A stretch of 63,985 nt of DNA, the filler included, from Licmophora abbreviata (taxonomy: Eukaryota): NCBI GenBank assembly GCA_900291995.1. It is 15 parts of 15 records of this genome, joined end to end, with 100 filler letters (N's around TTAATTAATTAA, not from the genome) between each part and the next. Parts side by side here need not be neighbours in the genome. Positions count along the whole stretch, not along the records: positions 35,214 to 36,913 come from OLMU01005954.1; positions 37,014 to 39,826 come from OLMU01005955.1; positions 39,927 to 50,422 come from OLMU01005956.1; 12 more parts are not named here. One strand, 5' to 3'. The stretch's first letter is position 1. Each line of letters opens with the position of its first letter. The position numbers and the translations under genes are program-made. Below are positions 35,114 through 46,200 of this stretch, one piece after another. The notes under the pieces were generated by a model. The model made no database searches, was not told the origin of the DNA, and saw only the letters and a program-made list of their open reading frames with translations.

Positions 35114-35399
35114 NNNNNNNNNNNNNNNNNNNNNNNNNNNNNNNNNNNNNNNNNNNNTTAATTAATTAANNNNNNNNNNNNNNNNNNNNNNNNNNNNNNN
35201 NNNNNNNNNNNNNAGGCAGCTGTCGATCCCCGACTCTAAGTACTGTAGGCGTTGTTCTCTATTTCCAACAGGAGGCTCCACGGCTCAAAACGAGAAACCG
35301 CGGAGCCGTAGCTGTCCATTCACGCACAGGTTGTGCCTGCATCATTTGCCTCTCGACTTTTTCTCTCTAAATTTCTCGTGCAGTCCTTCGATTTTATAT

Positions 35400-36566
35400 T
35401 CACCCTCCGAATATGCACTCGTCTCGATTGTCCCGATCCGCTACTCGTACAGCAGTCAAGGGGACGTTACAGCTTTCTTGTCCACAAAGCGGATAGAATG
35501 GAAAACATAGCGCCGATGCACTACAGGAATCGAATGAGTAGCAAACAGCCTGTCCACTGTTCGTTTTCCCCGCTTGTCCTTGCAAGCAGTCGTAACCATC
35601 AAAGGCCGCAACATCATCTTCCCCGGCGACAAGACAGAATCGTTCCAACAAGATATAGTGTAAAGCTTCTCCTCCGTACGTCACACGGAATATACCATTG
35701 CTTTGCTCTGCATCACACTGCGTCGCTGTACCACTTGGTATCGATGCGGTCGCCGTCATCTGATTTGCATTGACACCACGACACGTAAATAAGACCTCCT
35801 CGTTCCTTTGTTCCAACGAGGCTCGTTTACACACCGCGACACTGCTGCTTTGATTGGTGCAGTCGTCTTGAGACGACTCTTCCACGATGACTTGTCCTCC
35901 ATTGCTACACATGATTGTGACTTCCGGCGTGGCATACGCACAGTCCGATACAGTGTATCCCCACTGCACCGAGTGCAGTGATTCCAGAATACGAGGAGCA
36001 GTGGGAGCGGGTGTAAAGTCCTCAAAGGTGGGAAACAACGTAGGAGGAGTCGTTGTGGGCGAGGGCGTCGGCGGTGTCATAGTCGGAGCGGTGGTGGGCA
36101 GTGCCGTTGGAGAAATAGTCGGTGCATTGCTACCAATGGGCACACTGGCTGGTGGTAGTGTTGAACCTGGCGATGTCGGACTAGTAGGACCTGTGCTGTC
36201 ATCAGTACTGGTTGCCGCGCGAGCAGCATCACTGTCGTTCTTTCGAACACCCAAGGTCACTCCCAGTATCAGGGCCATCAGCAGCATCAAAATCACGAAA
36301 ATCACCAGATACCGTCGTCTTCTTCTTCTTCCCCGTCGTTGACCGCTTCGTCCTTCATCCATGCTTCCAATCCAACCTCCATCCGCGTCGCTAGCGGGAG
36401 GGACTGCGCCTGCATCGCTTTCCTCGTCATCTTGTACCAACCACGAGGGATCCTCGCTGACGAGACTCGCATCCGCGGGCGGCTCGACCTCACTCCGAGC
36501 CCACGTTGGGACGCTGGAGGACGTCGAATCGGTCGTGATGGATTCCCAACCGCCTTGCCGAGTCAT
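35400..36566 (-). CDS. Type-II single-pass membrane protein: basic stop + TM, Pro/Thr stalk, C-terminal 14-Cys domain (paralogue A)
   Basis: RRRRRR followed by YLVIFVILMLLMALILGVTLGV, PT-rich stalk, then a Cys-rich domain that aligns with 40303-41586. Confidence 0.82.
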   Translation of the reverse strand: MTRQGGWESITTDSTSSSVPTWARSEVEPPADASLVSEDPSWLVQDDEESDAGAVPPASDADGGWIGSMDEGRSGQRRGRRRRRRYLVIFVILMLLMALILGVTLGVRKNDSDAARAATSTDDSTGPTSPTSPGSTLPPASVPIGSNAPTISPTALPTTAPTMTPPTPSPTTTPPTLFPTFEDFTPAPTAPRILESLHSVQWGYTVSDCAYATPEVTIMCSNGGQVIVEESSQDDCTNQSSSVAVCKRASLEQRNEEVLFTCRGVNANQMTATASIPSGTATQCDAEQSNGIFRVTYGGEALHYILLERFCLVAGEDDVAAFDGYDCLQGQAGKTNSGQAVCYSFDSCSASALCFPFYPLCGQESCNVPLTAVRVADRDNRDECIFGG

Positions 36567-37104
36567 GGTTTGGTGACGAGTACAAGGGCTGACTTGGACG
36601 AGATTAGAATTGCTGATGTGCGCGATGCAAAAGGCAGTGGTTTTAGTCTTGCTGCGACGTCGTGGTTCGAGCTACCAGTACCGGTATCAGGTACAGGTGT
36701 GGACGCCAAGAGTCTGAGAGTCAGTCGAGTCGAGTCGAGTCGACGTCGACGGTTGGTGAGGAAGTCTCAATCCCGTAGATGCCAGACAAGAGATAGTTCA
36801 CGATATCTCTGGGCGAACGCCACCGCAACGGCATCCGAGTAGAAGAGACAAGACCCGGTCTAGGAATACGCACCGTGCAATACTACGACTTTCAAACTTG
36901 ACAGGACTGATCCNNNNNNNNNNNNNNNNNNNNNNNNNNNNNNNNNNNNNNNNNNNNTTAATTAATTAANNNNNNNNNNNNNNNNNNNNNNNNNNNNNNN
37001 NNNNNNNNNNNNNGCGCCGACGTTGGATCACGCAGGTTTTGCTTGTGGGGTGATCAGCTGGAGATCGCGCTAAAACGAAATAATTTGGAATGAGAGCGAG
37101 TGAT

Positions 37105-37136
37105 TGAGTCCCGCATGTTGTCACATGTGGGACTCA
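37105..37136. other. 14-bp inverted repeat / hairpin
   Basis: TGAGTCCCGCATGT-tgtc-ACATGTGGGACTCA: 13 Watson-Crick pairs plus one G-T. Confidence 0.8.
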
Positions 37137-37662
37137 GGATGACATTACTAACTGTGTTTCGCTAGCCGTCTCCTCAGATTTGAGATTGCTCTCATGATAT
37201 CCTAAAATGAGGGATACGGCAAAGTGAACAAGGTTCTCGGCGGGTACCAGGTACGTAGACTAGGAACCTACCGGCAATGTTGTCCTTTTACAGTGACCAT
37301 CAAGCACGGCCATCGTCTGACTGCCACGGAGCGAGCCAGTCTTGGTCGCGAATGTATACAGCTTTCAAACTTGCGTAGATCCTGGTAGAAGCACTACGCA
37401 TGCCACAACCGTTGGTATTCGTACTTCTCTCTAGTTTCAAGTTGCACCTCGCATCATCGATCATCGTCTCGGAGCACCAAACAGAAGTGCGAGCAGTTTC
37501 GACTTGAGGCTTCTTGCTGTCGTTGTAACCAGTTAGCTAATCAACCTCAGCGATTCTATCGGTGGCTATACGCAATGATAGCACCGACTGCTAGCGATCT
37601 GACGACACCTTCTCGCTGATTTTCTTCCTTGCGTGTACCATTCATCTCCATAACACATTCGC

Positions 37663-38145
37663 ATGTCCGAACAACAACTGCGAGACGCTGTCGACGAGGG
37701 AGACGTTGACACCGTCCGGAAACTGCTAAGAGAGGGTATCAATGTGAATGCCGCTGATGACGATGAGGGTAGTACTGCCCTGCTGAATGCCAGTGCCAAC
37801 GGGGACGAAGACATGGTACCGCTTCTTTTGGAAGCAGGTGCCGACGTCAATTTGTGCAATAGTGATGGAGTCACGCCATTGATGCAAGCCAGCTTAATGG
37901 GCTACGAAGGAGTCGTCTCGCTATTGCTCGCGCGAGGGGCAAATGTAGATGCAGCAGATCAGGATGGGTGGACGGCGCTTATGAATGCGAGTGCGGATGG
38001 ACATGAAGAGGTAGTGCAAGAACTACTGAGTGCAGGAGCCAACATTGATCTTGTTGACAACGACGGAGAGACGGCTTTCATGAAGACACAGGACGGGGAA
38101 CATGAAGGCGTCATGGGACTCATTACGAAATATCAGGCATCCTGA
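37663..38145 (+). CDS. Small acidic ankyrin-repeat protein (160 aa)
   Basis: About 4 ankyrin repeats: GSTALLNAS, GVTPLMQAS, GWTALMNAS, GETAFM. Confidence 0.9.
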   Translation: MSEQQLRDAVDEGDVDTVRKLLREGINVNAADDDEGSTALLNASANGDEDMVPLLLEAGADVNLCNSDGVTPLMQASLMGYEGVVSLLLARGANVDAADQDGWTALMNASADGHEEVVQELLSAGANIDLVDNDGETAFMKTQDGEHEGVMGLITKYQAS

Positions 38146-38980
38146 GGGGCGACAGTTGGTAGTATCTTGCTGTGTCGGAGGCGGTACTGGTACCATTTTT
38201 TAATTTTCTGGGGCTGATCATTTTCACCACAAAACTGCATGCGTGAAAGGCCAACCAGCGAGGAAGTGTTGGAGGTATCCAGAGCTTCTGAGATTTTGAA
38301 GCCAGCAGTGTTGTATCATTGGTTCTTTCGTTCGTTTACGTTGTTCCTATTTCGAATCGATCATGTGATGTAGAGCTATATTTTTTGCGTTTCTAAAAGC
38401 TACAATAAGAAGTTTGTTGATGCTTTGTGACGCATCGTAGTAGAACCACTCGAGCTGGGCCTACGCTTGCTGTGCCGGTCTTTCCTGATTGCTGGAACTG
38501 GTGGTGTCAACATACGGGCATGATTGAGGCTTAGGTAGCTAGCTCGCCGGCACTCGTCGGTGCGATCAAAACGATGCAGCCTCTGATCACGAGCTCCCAT
38601 TGGACGAGCTCTGAGCTCGTCTGATTGAGATTCATTCGATTCGATCCACTCTCTCGAGGAGAGCGCAAACATTGCGTTCTGGCCGCGCCCCCGTTCTTGT
38701 CGTCACGTCTCTCTTGATTGTTATCCCCTTTGTCGATATTGCCCTTGTTGCCATAGCAGAGGCACTGAGGTGTTGCGAATCTGAAGAAAAAGCGAGAGCA
38801 AGATCAATTCAATCGACTCCACGGACGGCAGACTCATTACGTAGAATTCTTTTCTCAATCTGTGTAGACGCTGGTACAAATCTACGTCAAGTAGAATTGA
38901 TTCCAAAATTCAGATCGAACTTGGTGTTTAGCTGTCTTTTGGCGCAAGACTTGCTTGTTCTACCGAAAGAATAGTCCAGA

Positions 38981-39694
38981 ATGGACCAAAGTGATAGCGA
39001 AGAGGCATTGCGAAATGCAGCGCGTGCGGGAGATGCCACGACGGCTGCACGCTTGCTCGACGAGGGCGTCGACGTCAATGCGGCGGATGTCGATGGCATG
39101 ACACCTCTCTACCGAGCCTCTCAGAACGGACACGAGGACGTTGCACGGCTGCTGGTAGAGCGAGGAGCGAAGGTAGATCAAGCGATGAATGACAGCCGCT
39201 CGCCTCTCAATATCGCGTCTTGGAAAGGACGGGACGCCGTTGTTAGGATGCTGTTGGAAAACGGGGCGAATGCGAATCTAGCGATGAACGATGGAGCAAC
39301 GCCCCTCATTGTTGCATCTGAGGCTGGAATCGAATCCATTGTATCAATATTGCTGGATAAAGGAGCGGACGTGGATCATGCGATGAATAATGGCGCAACA
39401 CCGCTTCACATTGCCTCGGATATTGGACACACTGCCGTTGTCCAGATGCTGCTGGATCGAGGAGCGAATGTACATCTGACCGAGGTTGATGGATCAACAC
39501 CACTGATGCTCGCATCTCAGGAGGGACACGAGTCCATTGTAGAACTTTTATTGGAGCGGGACCCCAACATGGACTATGTCAACCTTGCTGACGGCAAGAC
39601 GGCCCTGGATGTCGCCAGAGAAAAGGGTCATTTCACTGTCGTCTCTATGTTGAAGACGCATGCCAAGCAAGTCGCCAATCGTGACCGTCTGTAG
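38981..39694 (+). CDS. Ankyrin-repeat protein (237 aa)
   Basis: About 6 ankyrin repeats: GMTPLYRAS, RSPLNIAS, GATPLIVAS, GATPLHIAS, GSTPLMLAS, GKTALDVA. Confidence 0.92.
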   Translation: MDQSDSEEALRNAARAGDATTAARLLDEGVDVNAADVDGMTPLYRASQNGHEDVARLLVERGAKVDQAMNDSRSPLNIASWKGRDAVVRMLLENGANANLAMNDGATPLIVASEAGIESIVSILLDKGADVDHAMNNGATPLHIASDIGHTAVVQMLLDRGANVHLTEVDGSTPLMLASQEGHESIVELLLERDPNMDYVNLADGKTALDVAREKGHFTVVSMLKTHAKQVANRDRL

Positions 39695-40302
39695 CTCCTA
39701 GCTGTGGTGAGTTCTCCTGGTATTGAAAAGCGACTACTCGTACCGTATTCTGTATCAAGTATAGGTACGACTACTATAGTACATGGTAGAACTATGATGA
39801 CTGTAGTGTTAGCTCATCAATCTTCTNNNNNNNNNNNNNNNNNNNNNNNNNNNNNNNNNNNNNNNNNNNNTTAATTAATTAANNNNNNNNNNNNNNNNNN
39901 NNNNNNNNNNNNNNNNNNNNNNNNNNATAGGTACGACTAGTACATGGTAGAACTATGATGACTGTAGTGTTAGCTCATCAATCTTCTATCTTCCGTCTCC
40001 AGTCGCATCTAAGAATCTAGTCGTGTTTGACGTCATGTTCAACTATTGCAGAACAAGGAACCGGGACTTGCTCCAAAACAGGACTGATGGCTAGTTTGCT
40101 CGGAACACCACGAATCAATCAATCCTGCCAAAGGTGCAGAAGATATGCCTTGTAGGTTTCACTCGGTCATTCATCTTCGATCGACGAGGACGATACATAG
40201 ATTGCTTGATTGAAAGCGTGGACGGAATTGAATCAATAGGTCCTTCATTGGCGTGCCGCAACATTAGCTACGCAGCTATATTACCTACTACAATAGTTCG
40301 CT

Positions 40303-41586
40303 ATGCCAGCACGTCCATGGGCATCCTTCTCCAACGATACGAATGATCCGGCCCCTTGGAGTACCACAAGTAGTAGCGATACTCTAGGTGCACAACCGGA
40401 GACTGCCCTATCTGGAGCTCCATCCTCGGACGTGCCGTCATCCTATACACTTTCGGTTTATACGGACGAAGAGGAGAACGCTGCTTTGGACGAAGGCGTC
40501 CAGGTCGACACGGCAGAGGTTTTGGAGGAGAGCGCTACAACACCCGACCGGAAAAGTTGTAGGAAGAGCCTGCAGCCCACCCATCGCCGCCGCTATCTCA
40601 TCATCTTGCTAGTTTTGGTTCTCTCTGCTGTGATCGGAGGAATCGTGATTGCGGTCTGGGCCAAAAAAAAGAGCAACGACAACAAGTCTGCCCGGCAGGA
40701 GGATGGCGACGTCGATACTGAAGACGAGGCACCGACAGTTGCTCCTTCTCCATCGGAATCACCGGTCGGGGTCACAACGATCGGCATCACACGTCCACCA
40801 GCTCTCGGAAACGTACCTGTGGATACGATGGGTCCGTCCGCTTATCCAACGGAATCAATAGCTCCCTCACTCTCTCCCACTTCTACATTCGTGCCATCTT
40901 CCTCCCCTTCCGTCTCTCCTTCCACTCTATTTCCGACGTTTGACCGTGTTCCTACGTCAGCGCCGTCTCAAGGCGACCCTTTGTTTCGATCTCGTCATTC
41001 TGTACAATGGGGTTCTGTCACTACCGATTGCGACTATACGAGACCACCCGTCACCATACGTTGTGGCAATGGTGGAAAGGTTGTATGGGGTGCCGACGGT
41101 AGTCGCAATGTTAAGCGCTGTGCCTTTGTAGACGTGGATAGCATGGTGTGCAACGGCAATGTTGAAAACGATAACGGTGACGGATATGTTTCGTTTGCCT
41201 GTCAGGGTACTAAACTAACCCAGATGCCGGCAACTGTATTGATCCCGGGTGGGAATGCGAGAGAGTGCGACGGCGTGGTGGGGGCAGACGTGTTTTCGGT
41301 ACAGTACGGCGGTGATGCCCGTCATTACATATTCTTGCAGCGCTTCTGTGGTACAAATGCGGATTCACTTCGGTCCTCGGGTGGCTATCCGTGTCTTTTG
41401 GGGCAAGCAGGAAGTACGGAGAGTGGTGAGCAGTTTTGCTACTCATCCGATTCGTGTCAAGAATCGGCGTCGTGTACTCCTTCCTATCCATACTGTGGCA
41501 ATGCGACGTGCACGACGACCTTGAGCTCGGTGAGAGTATCGGATCCCGACACGAGACCAGAGTGTCGATTCGTAGTGGATTCGTAG
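40303..41586 (+). CDS. Type-II single-pass membrane protein with Pro/Ser/Thr stalk and 14-Cys domain (paralogue B)
   Basis: HRRR followed by YLIILLVLVLSAVIGGIVIAVW, PS/PT stalk, then HSVQWG...EC Cys-rich domain. Confidence 0.82.
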   Translation: MPARPWASFSNDTNDPAPWSTTSSSDTLGAQPETALSGAPSSDVPSSYTLSVYTDEEENAALDEGVQVDTAEVLEESATTPDRKSCRKSLQPTHRRRYLIILLVLVLSAVIGGIVIAVWAKKKSNDNKSARQEDGDVDTEDEAPTVAPSPSESPVGVTTIGITRPPALGNVPVDTMGPSAYPTESIAPSLSPTSTFVPSSSPSVSPSTLFPTFDRVPTSAPSQGDPLFRSRHSVQWGSVTTDCDYTRPPVTIRCGNGGKVVWGADGSRNVKRCAFVDVDSMVCNGNVENDNGDGYVSFACQGTKLTQMPATVLIPGGNARECDGVVGADVFSVQYGGDARHYIFLQRFCGTNADSLRSSGGYPCLLGQAGSTESGEQFCYSSDSCQESASCTPSYPYCGNATCTTTLSSVRVSDPDTRPECRFVVDS

Positions 41587-41766
41587 CCTCAAACGAGAGG
41601 GATCCGAGGCCGTAAATGATGTAGACAAACGCGTAAGTTGTTGAAAGTAGCTAGGAATGTTTATGTGACTCGAAATAGAATGCCGCTACTCGCATCATTA
41701 ATCCCACAAACGACTATTTCCGTTGTATGGGCCGCATGTCTCCTCGTGTCATTTTCTGCTTACACG

Positions 41767-42633
41767 TCACCCAAACAAGTACCACAAGGTAAACAAGATG
41801 CAAAATGCAATCACGCCCGATACAATCATGTCGTCGCGGCTTCTCTTTCTCTTGATGGCGTCCATTACTTTGTTCAACGAAGGAATATTGCTGCTGATGC
41901 GACTCATGATGCTCTGGGAGTTTCGCAACGAGTTGCCCTGGTTTCTCAAGTCACTGTGCACATCACTCGCCTGCGACAGCACCATGTTGCTGGCATTCAT
42001 ACTGTTTTGAATTGAGTTTCGCTCTCGCAACAATTGTTCCATGGCAGGATCTGCGTTTCCAGAAGATGTGCTGGAGTTACCACCCCGAAACAATTCTTGT
42101 TGTTGGCGTTTGCGCGATATCGTAGAAGAGGTTTTATTGTAGTCACTGCTCAAATCAAAGAGTATTTCGCGGTATCGTTTCACCAAGAGCGCATGCTGAG
42201 ACTTCCCGGACCGCTCTGCCGCAGGGGATAGTTTGACGTTGACTAAATCACTCAGCTGGTTCAAGAGACGCTGAATGTCAGTCCGCAAGGCATTCTCTTC
42301 TTCCATGCTAGTACTACTCGCGAGTGTACTGTTGCCCGCTTCGGGGTCATTCCAGAGGGGATCGGTGGAGGAGGTTGCCGCGCTTGTCGATGCAAAACGT
42401 TGAGCCAGCTGTCAAAGGGCAAGAGGAGGGTGGTCAGACCGCAATCAACGAACGAAACGACAAGCAAGTGACACCAAGCAACCGTCCGCACTCCACAATA
42501 ATCCGTGTTCTGTCACGTAGGCGTTGTACTGCTCTCTACGACAACCTACCTGCTGGTACCTCGCAATCTTGTCCTCCAGATGACGTTCCAATTTCGTCGC
42601 CTCTCGTCGCAGCGAATCGAAGTCCGAGTCCAT
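41767..42633 (-). CDS. GOS1: Golgi SNARE GOS1/GS28 (2 exons: 42633-42550, 42408-41767)
   Basis: MDSDFDSLRREATKLERHLEDKIARYQQ, RYREILFD, EQLLRERNSIQNS, C-terminal IKRKRSRD + TM. Intron CAG|GTAGGT...GACAG| is in frame. Confidence 0.9.
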
Positions 42634-43298
42634 AGTAGTACTATCCTCGTTGGAGTCGGTACTAGTAGCACTGTTCGTACAGAAAGGCGCCTCTGTCGCT
42701 CCCCGGCGTTGGCGTGTCGTGGATGAGATTATCTTGAAGCGCGAGTGACTGAGAGGAGGGGCGAATTTTGAGTTTTCGATTTTCCAAGCCGCCTTTGCAA
42801 TGAAAAGTGAAAGAACGAGGCTTCGTAATGTGTCGACAACAGGAAGCGCTGAAAGCCACGAAAACAGTCTGAGCGAAACGACAAGCCGCAAGGGAGACTG
42901 ACTCGCAACAACGCAACAATCTTTGCTGCGGTGTTTTTCTATGAAGTGTATGGTTCTGACAATTCCGGAATTGGCCGAAGCATCATTATATTCTCGAAAA
43001 TCAATGATTTCTTCCAAAATAAAAGAATGTGTGTTTTATCATATATACATCTAATCGGCGAATACATATATACAGATTAATACTATATATTGATTAATAT
43101 ATTTTAAAGTGTCAAGTGTCCGAAGGACATGCTCGCTGATTACGACCGCCCGCGCGTGCACGACTAACGTCTTTTGGCGCAAAATGTGAGCCAACGGCAT
43201 AAACACACATCAAACCAAGACGACGGCAGCGGCTCTTTGGTCTCGTGCGCCTCTAGCGAAGGCACTCCCACTTTTGCCACCCTACTGTCACCAGCGCC

Positions 43299-46200
43299 AT
43301 GTCATCCTCTCATCGACGTACCCATCGAAGGGACTTTTCGCTGGAACTAACCGAGCCCAAGAAAAAACCGGTGGAATTCGAGCTGAATGCTCGACAGCTG
43401 GAGCTTATGCAGCAGCAGCATCGGAAGCGTGGTGGCGGAGCAAAGATTTCGACGACGCAACCAGAGGGGGAAATCGTCCATACAACAAAGCAGATACAAC
43501 GAGAGTCTCCTTCTAGAGTGCCGTTTCAGACGAAATCAAATGTAATGAAGAATGAATCTGTGTCGTTCGACGTCGACAGCAAGAAACATCATGCTCCTCG
43601 CTCGACTGCGGCCTCCACGACTATATTGAAGCAGAGTGACACAGCCCAGGACGACGACCAGAAGAAGATACTGAGATCTGTGCTGAGAAAGAACGCGAGT
43701 GGGAACAGAAATATGACGACGACAGCCCAAAGCCGATCGACCTTTCAGCCGAGTTCGAACACTCCCGAGCAGCGCGAGTATCTGCGCCATGTCCTCAAGT
43801 CGTCGGCCGCGACTGCCCTGAAACGAGACGTCGGTAACAATACGCGAAGCAGGAGATCAGGATACAATATAAAGTCTGTGTCGAATTCATCTGCACGCTC
43901 GGAAATCTCGTCGGCTGCTACCTCGACCCAACTCGAGGAAGATCAGCGCGTGCTTCTGAAAAAGGTGCTGAATCGGTCGGTCCAAACGAGCGGTAAGGAG
44001 ACGAAACGCCAAACGAAAATGCCAAAATCACCCCTTCGGCCCATTCCAAAGGAAGCGATTGCTTCGAGCAAGTCTCCACAGAAAGAACAGAAGGGATCTG
44101 AAACAAATGGCAGCAAAGGGAGGCGACTGTTGTTCGGTAGGGTCGAAGACGAGAAGAGCGCCTTGTACACGCCAGTTTCGGCGATTCCCGGATCTGACGA
44201 ATCTTCCAAGACTGCGGAAGAGAAAGTACAAGCAAGAAGACCCGATAGTGCCAGTGTTCTCACGATGGACATGGGTGGAACACTGATGGAGCGACTCATG
44301 AGGCGACAGCATGAGCGCGAGGCGGGACTGACGAGCTCACACGCATCATCGTCGACAACGGAGACACCGTCGGCGACCCCCACTACAGCGAGGTCAATGC
44401 ACACTAAACCTCCATCATCTGTTTCGTCTTCCCGACCATGTGTCTTAAATGTCCGCTCCTTTTCAGGACCTCCACGAGAAGGCTGCTATGAAGCGTTCTT
44501 GCAGGTGTTGCGGAAGGAAGTGGCTGGGGATCACACCGAGGTGGGTGCTCTTAGAAACCGCGCAGTGTCCTTACCGAGTCTCGAGCTTCCATTTCTCTCA
44601 CCTCGTCCTCTCCTTTCACATCTATAAGCTCTGGACAAGTTTCAGGGCTGTCTTTCAGAAGAACGCTCCGCTTCATGTATCGGAAAAGCCTCAGCGGGTC
44701 AAATTCGATTCAAAGACCAAAAAAATGCTTGTTGAGATGAACTTACACTTGAAAAGAGCCTCGACCATGGAATGTGTAACGGAGACACAGCTGGTGAGCG
44801 ACAAGAAGTTGACCAAGAAAGAAAAAGAAGAGATTCCTGTTGCGCGCAAGTCGATTGCGGATAGGATTCGTCGACTGTCCGAAGCAACAGCCACTGCCCC
44901 TCCATTGCCCTCCATAGACGAGCCTACACGAAAATGGACACCGCCCCCCAAGTCCGCTACTAAATCACCCGAGGGCAAGTCTCTCTCGCAAGAAGTTCTG
45001 ACGAATGCAAGTGTCGCTGGGAGTGAAGGGTCGGCAACCCAAGGCACGTCAATAGCCAATGGTATCGGACGTGTCGGTTCTTCGGTGACGGAAGGTTCAT
45101 CAGACGCTCCTACTCGATTCACCAGATCACATGAGCCACAGCATACTCAGAGCAATGAAGTGGTAGCGGTGACCATATCAGATTCCTTGCTGGCAGATGC
45201 ACGGCAGACAGAGGATCTGCCGCTCATTCACCTCAATGGGCAAACGAACGATGAATTCGTCGAGGAATCAACTGATCAAGATTCGGTGACGAGCGATCGA
45301 GATTCTGATATCCTCTATGATCAACGCAAGTCTTGGTTGGCTTCACACCGAGAGAAACAAGCACTACAAGCTGGTGGGAGTATACTTGCATCGGATGAAT
45401 CTTCTCATGCAGCAGTTCCATCGATGCGTACTTCAAGTCTACTTGATGCTGTCCCAGAAGAGGAAAGTGTGATTGTAGCAGACATGCTGACTCCGAGGAC
45501 ACTAGCGGGTCGAAAGAGGGGATTACGTCGAGCTAGATACTGTATCTGCGGTCGTACCCTGGGCAGGCGTCAAACTGAGACCGACAACCGAAGTCCGGGA
45601 AACAGCCACTGCTCGTAGCATTATACATGTCGGGAGCACAGCGAGAATACCCTCGGCTCCTGAGATTCAGTTGGCAGGACAAAGGAAAGCAGAAGCACTC
45701 TTGACACCCACAGTCCCAAATGAGGCTCAGAAGAACGAGGCTGAATTTGTCGCCCCGTGGTCGACGTTGAAACTTCGATCTGTAGAACGGTCCCAATCTG
45801 AGACACCGTCACGGCCCAGCAAAGATGTTGTGAGCGAAGTGCAGGCTATCCCGAGAGGATCGAGTGACCCTCAGCAGCCACAGACGGACACAACTCCTGT
45901 ACAGAGACAAGTAGGCGCGATGTCTCGATCTGCGCTGCTATCCGATATGAGTACTGATATGCCATCGAACGGACAATTGCAAACTGGCGACCAGATTGAT
46001 CTTGCGAGTCTGCCTTCAGATCTGTTCGACTCGCAGTCAGACGCCGCCATCATTGAGCTCCTCGGGGGTTCCGATATTCCTGCTAGTGATCGTCTGACCT
46101 CCGTTATCGGAAAGAAAGTGATTTTTGTCGCCCAATCGACTTTGGGACGGCCGCTGTCTCGGATCGAATGGGGTGTGTCAAGGCACGCCGTCAAGTCTCT

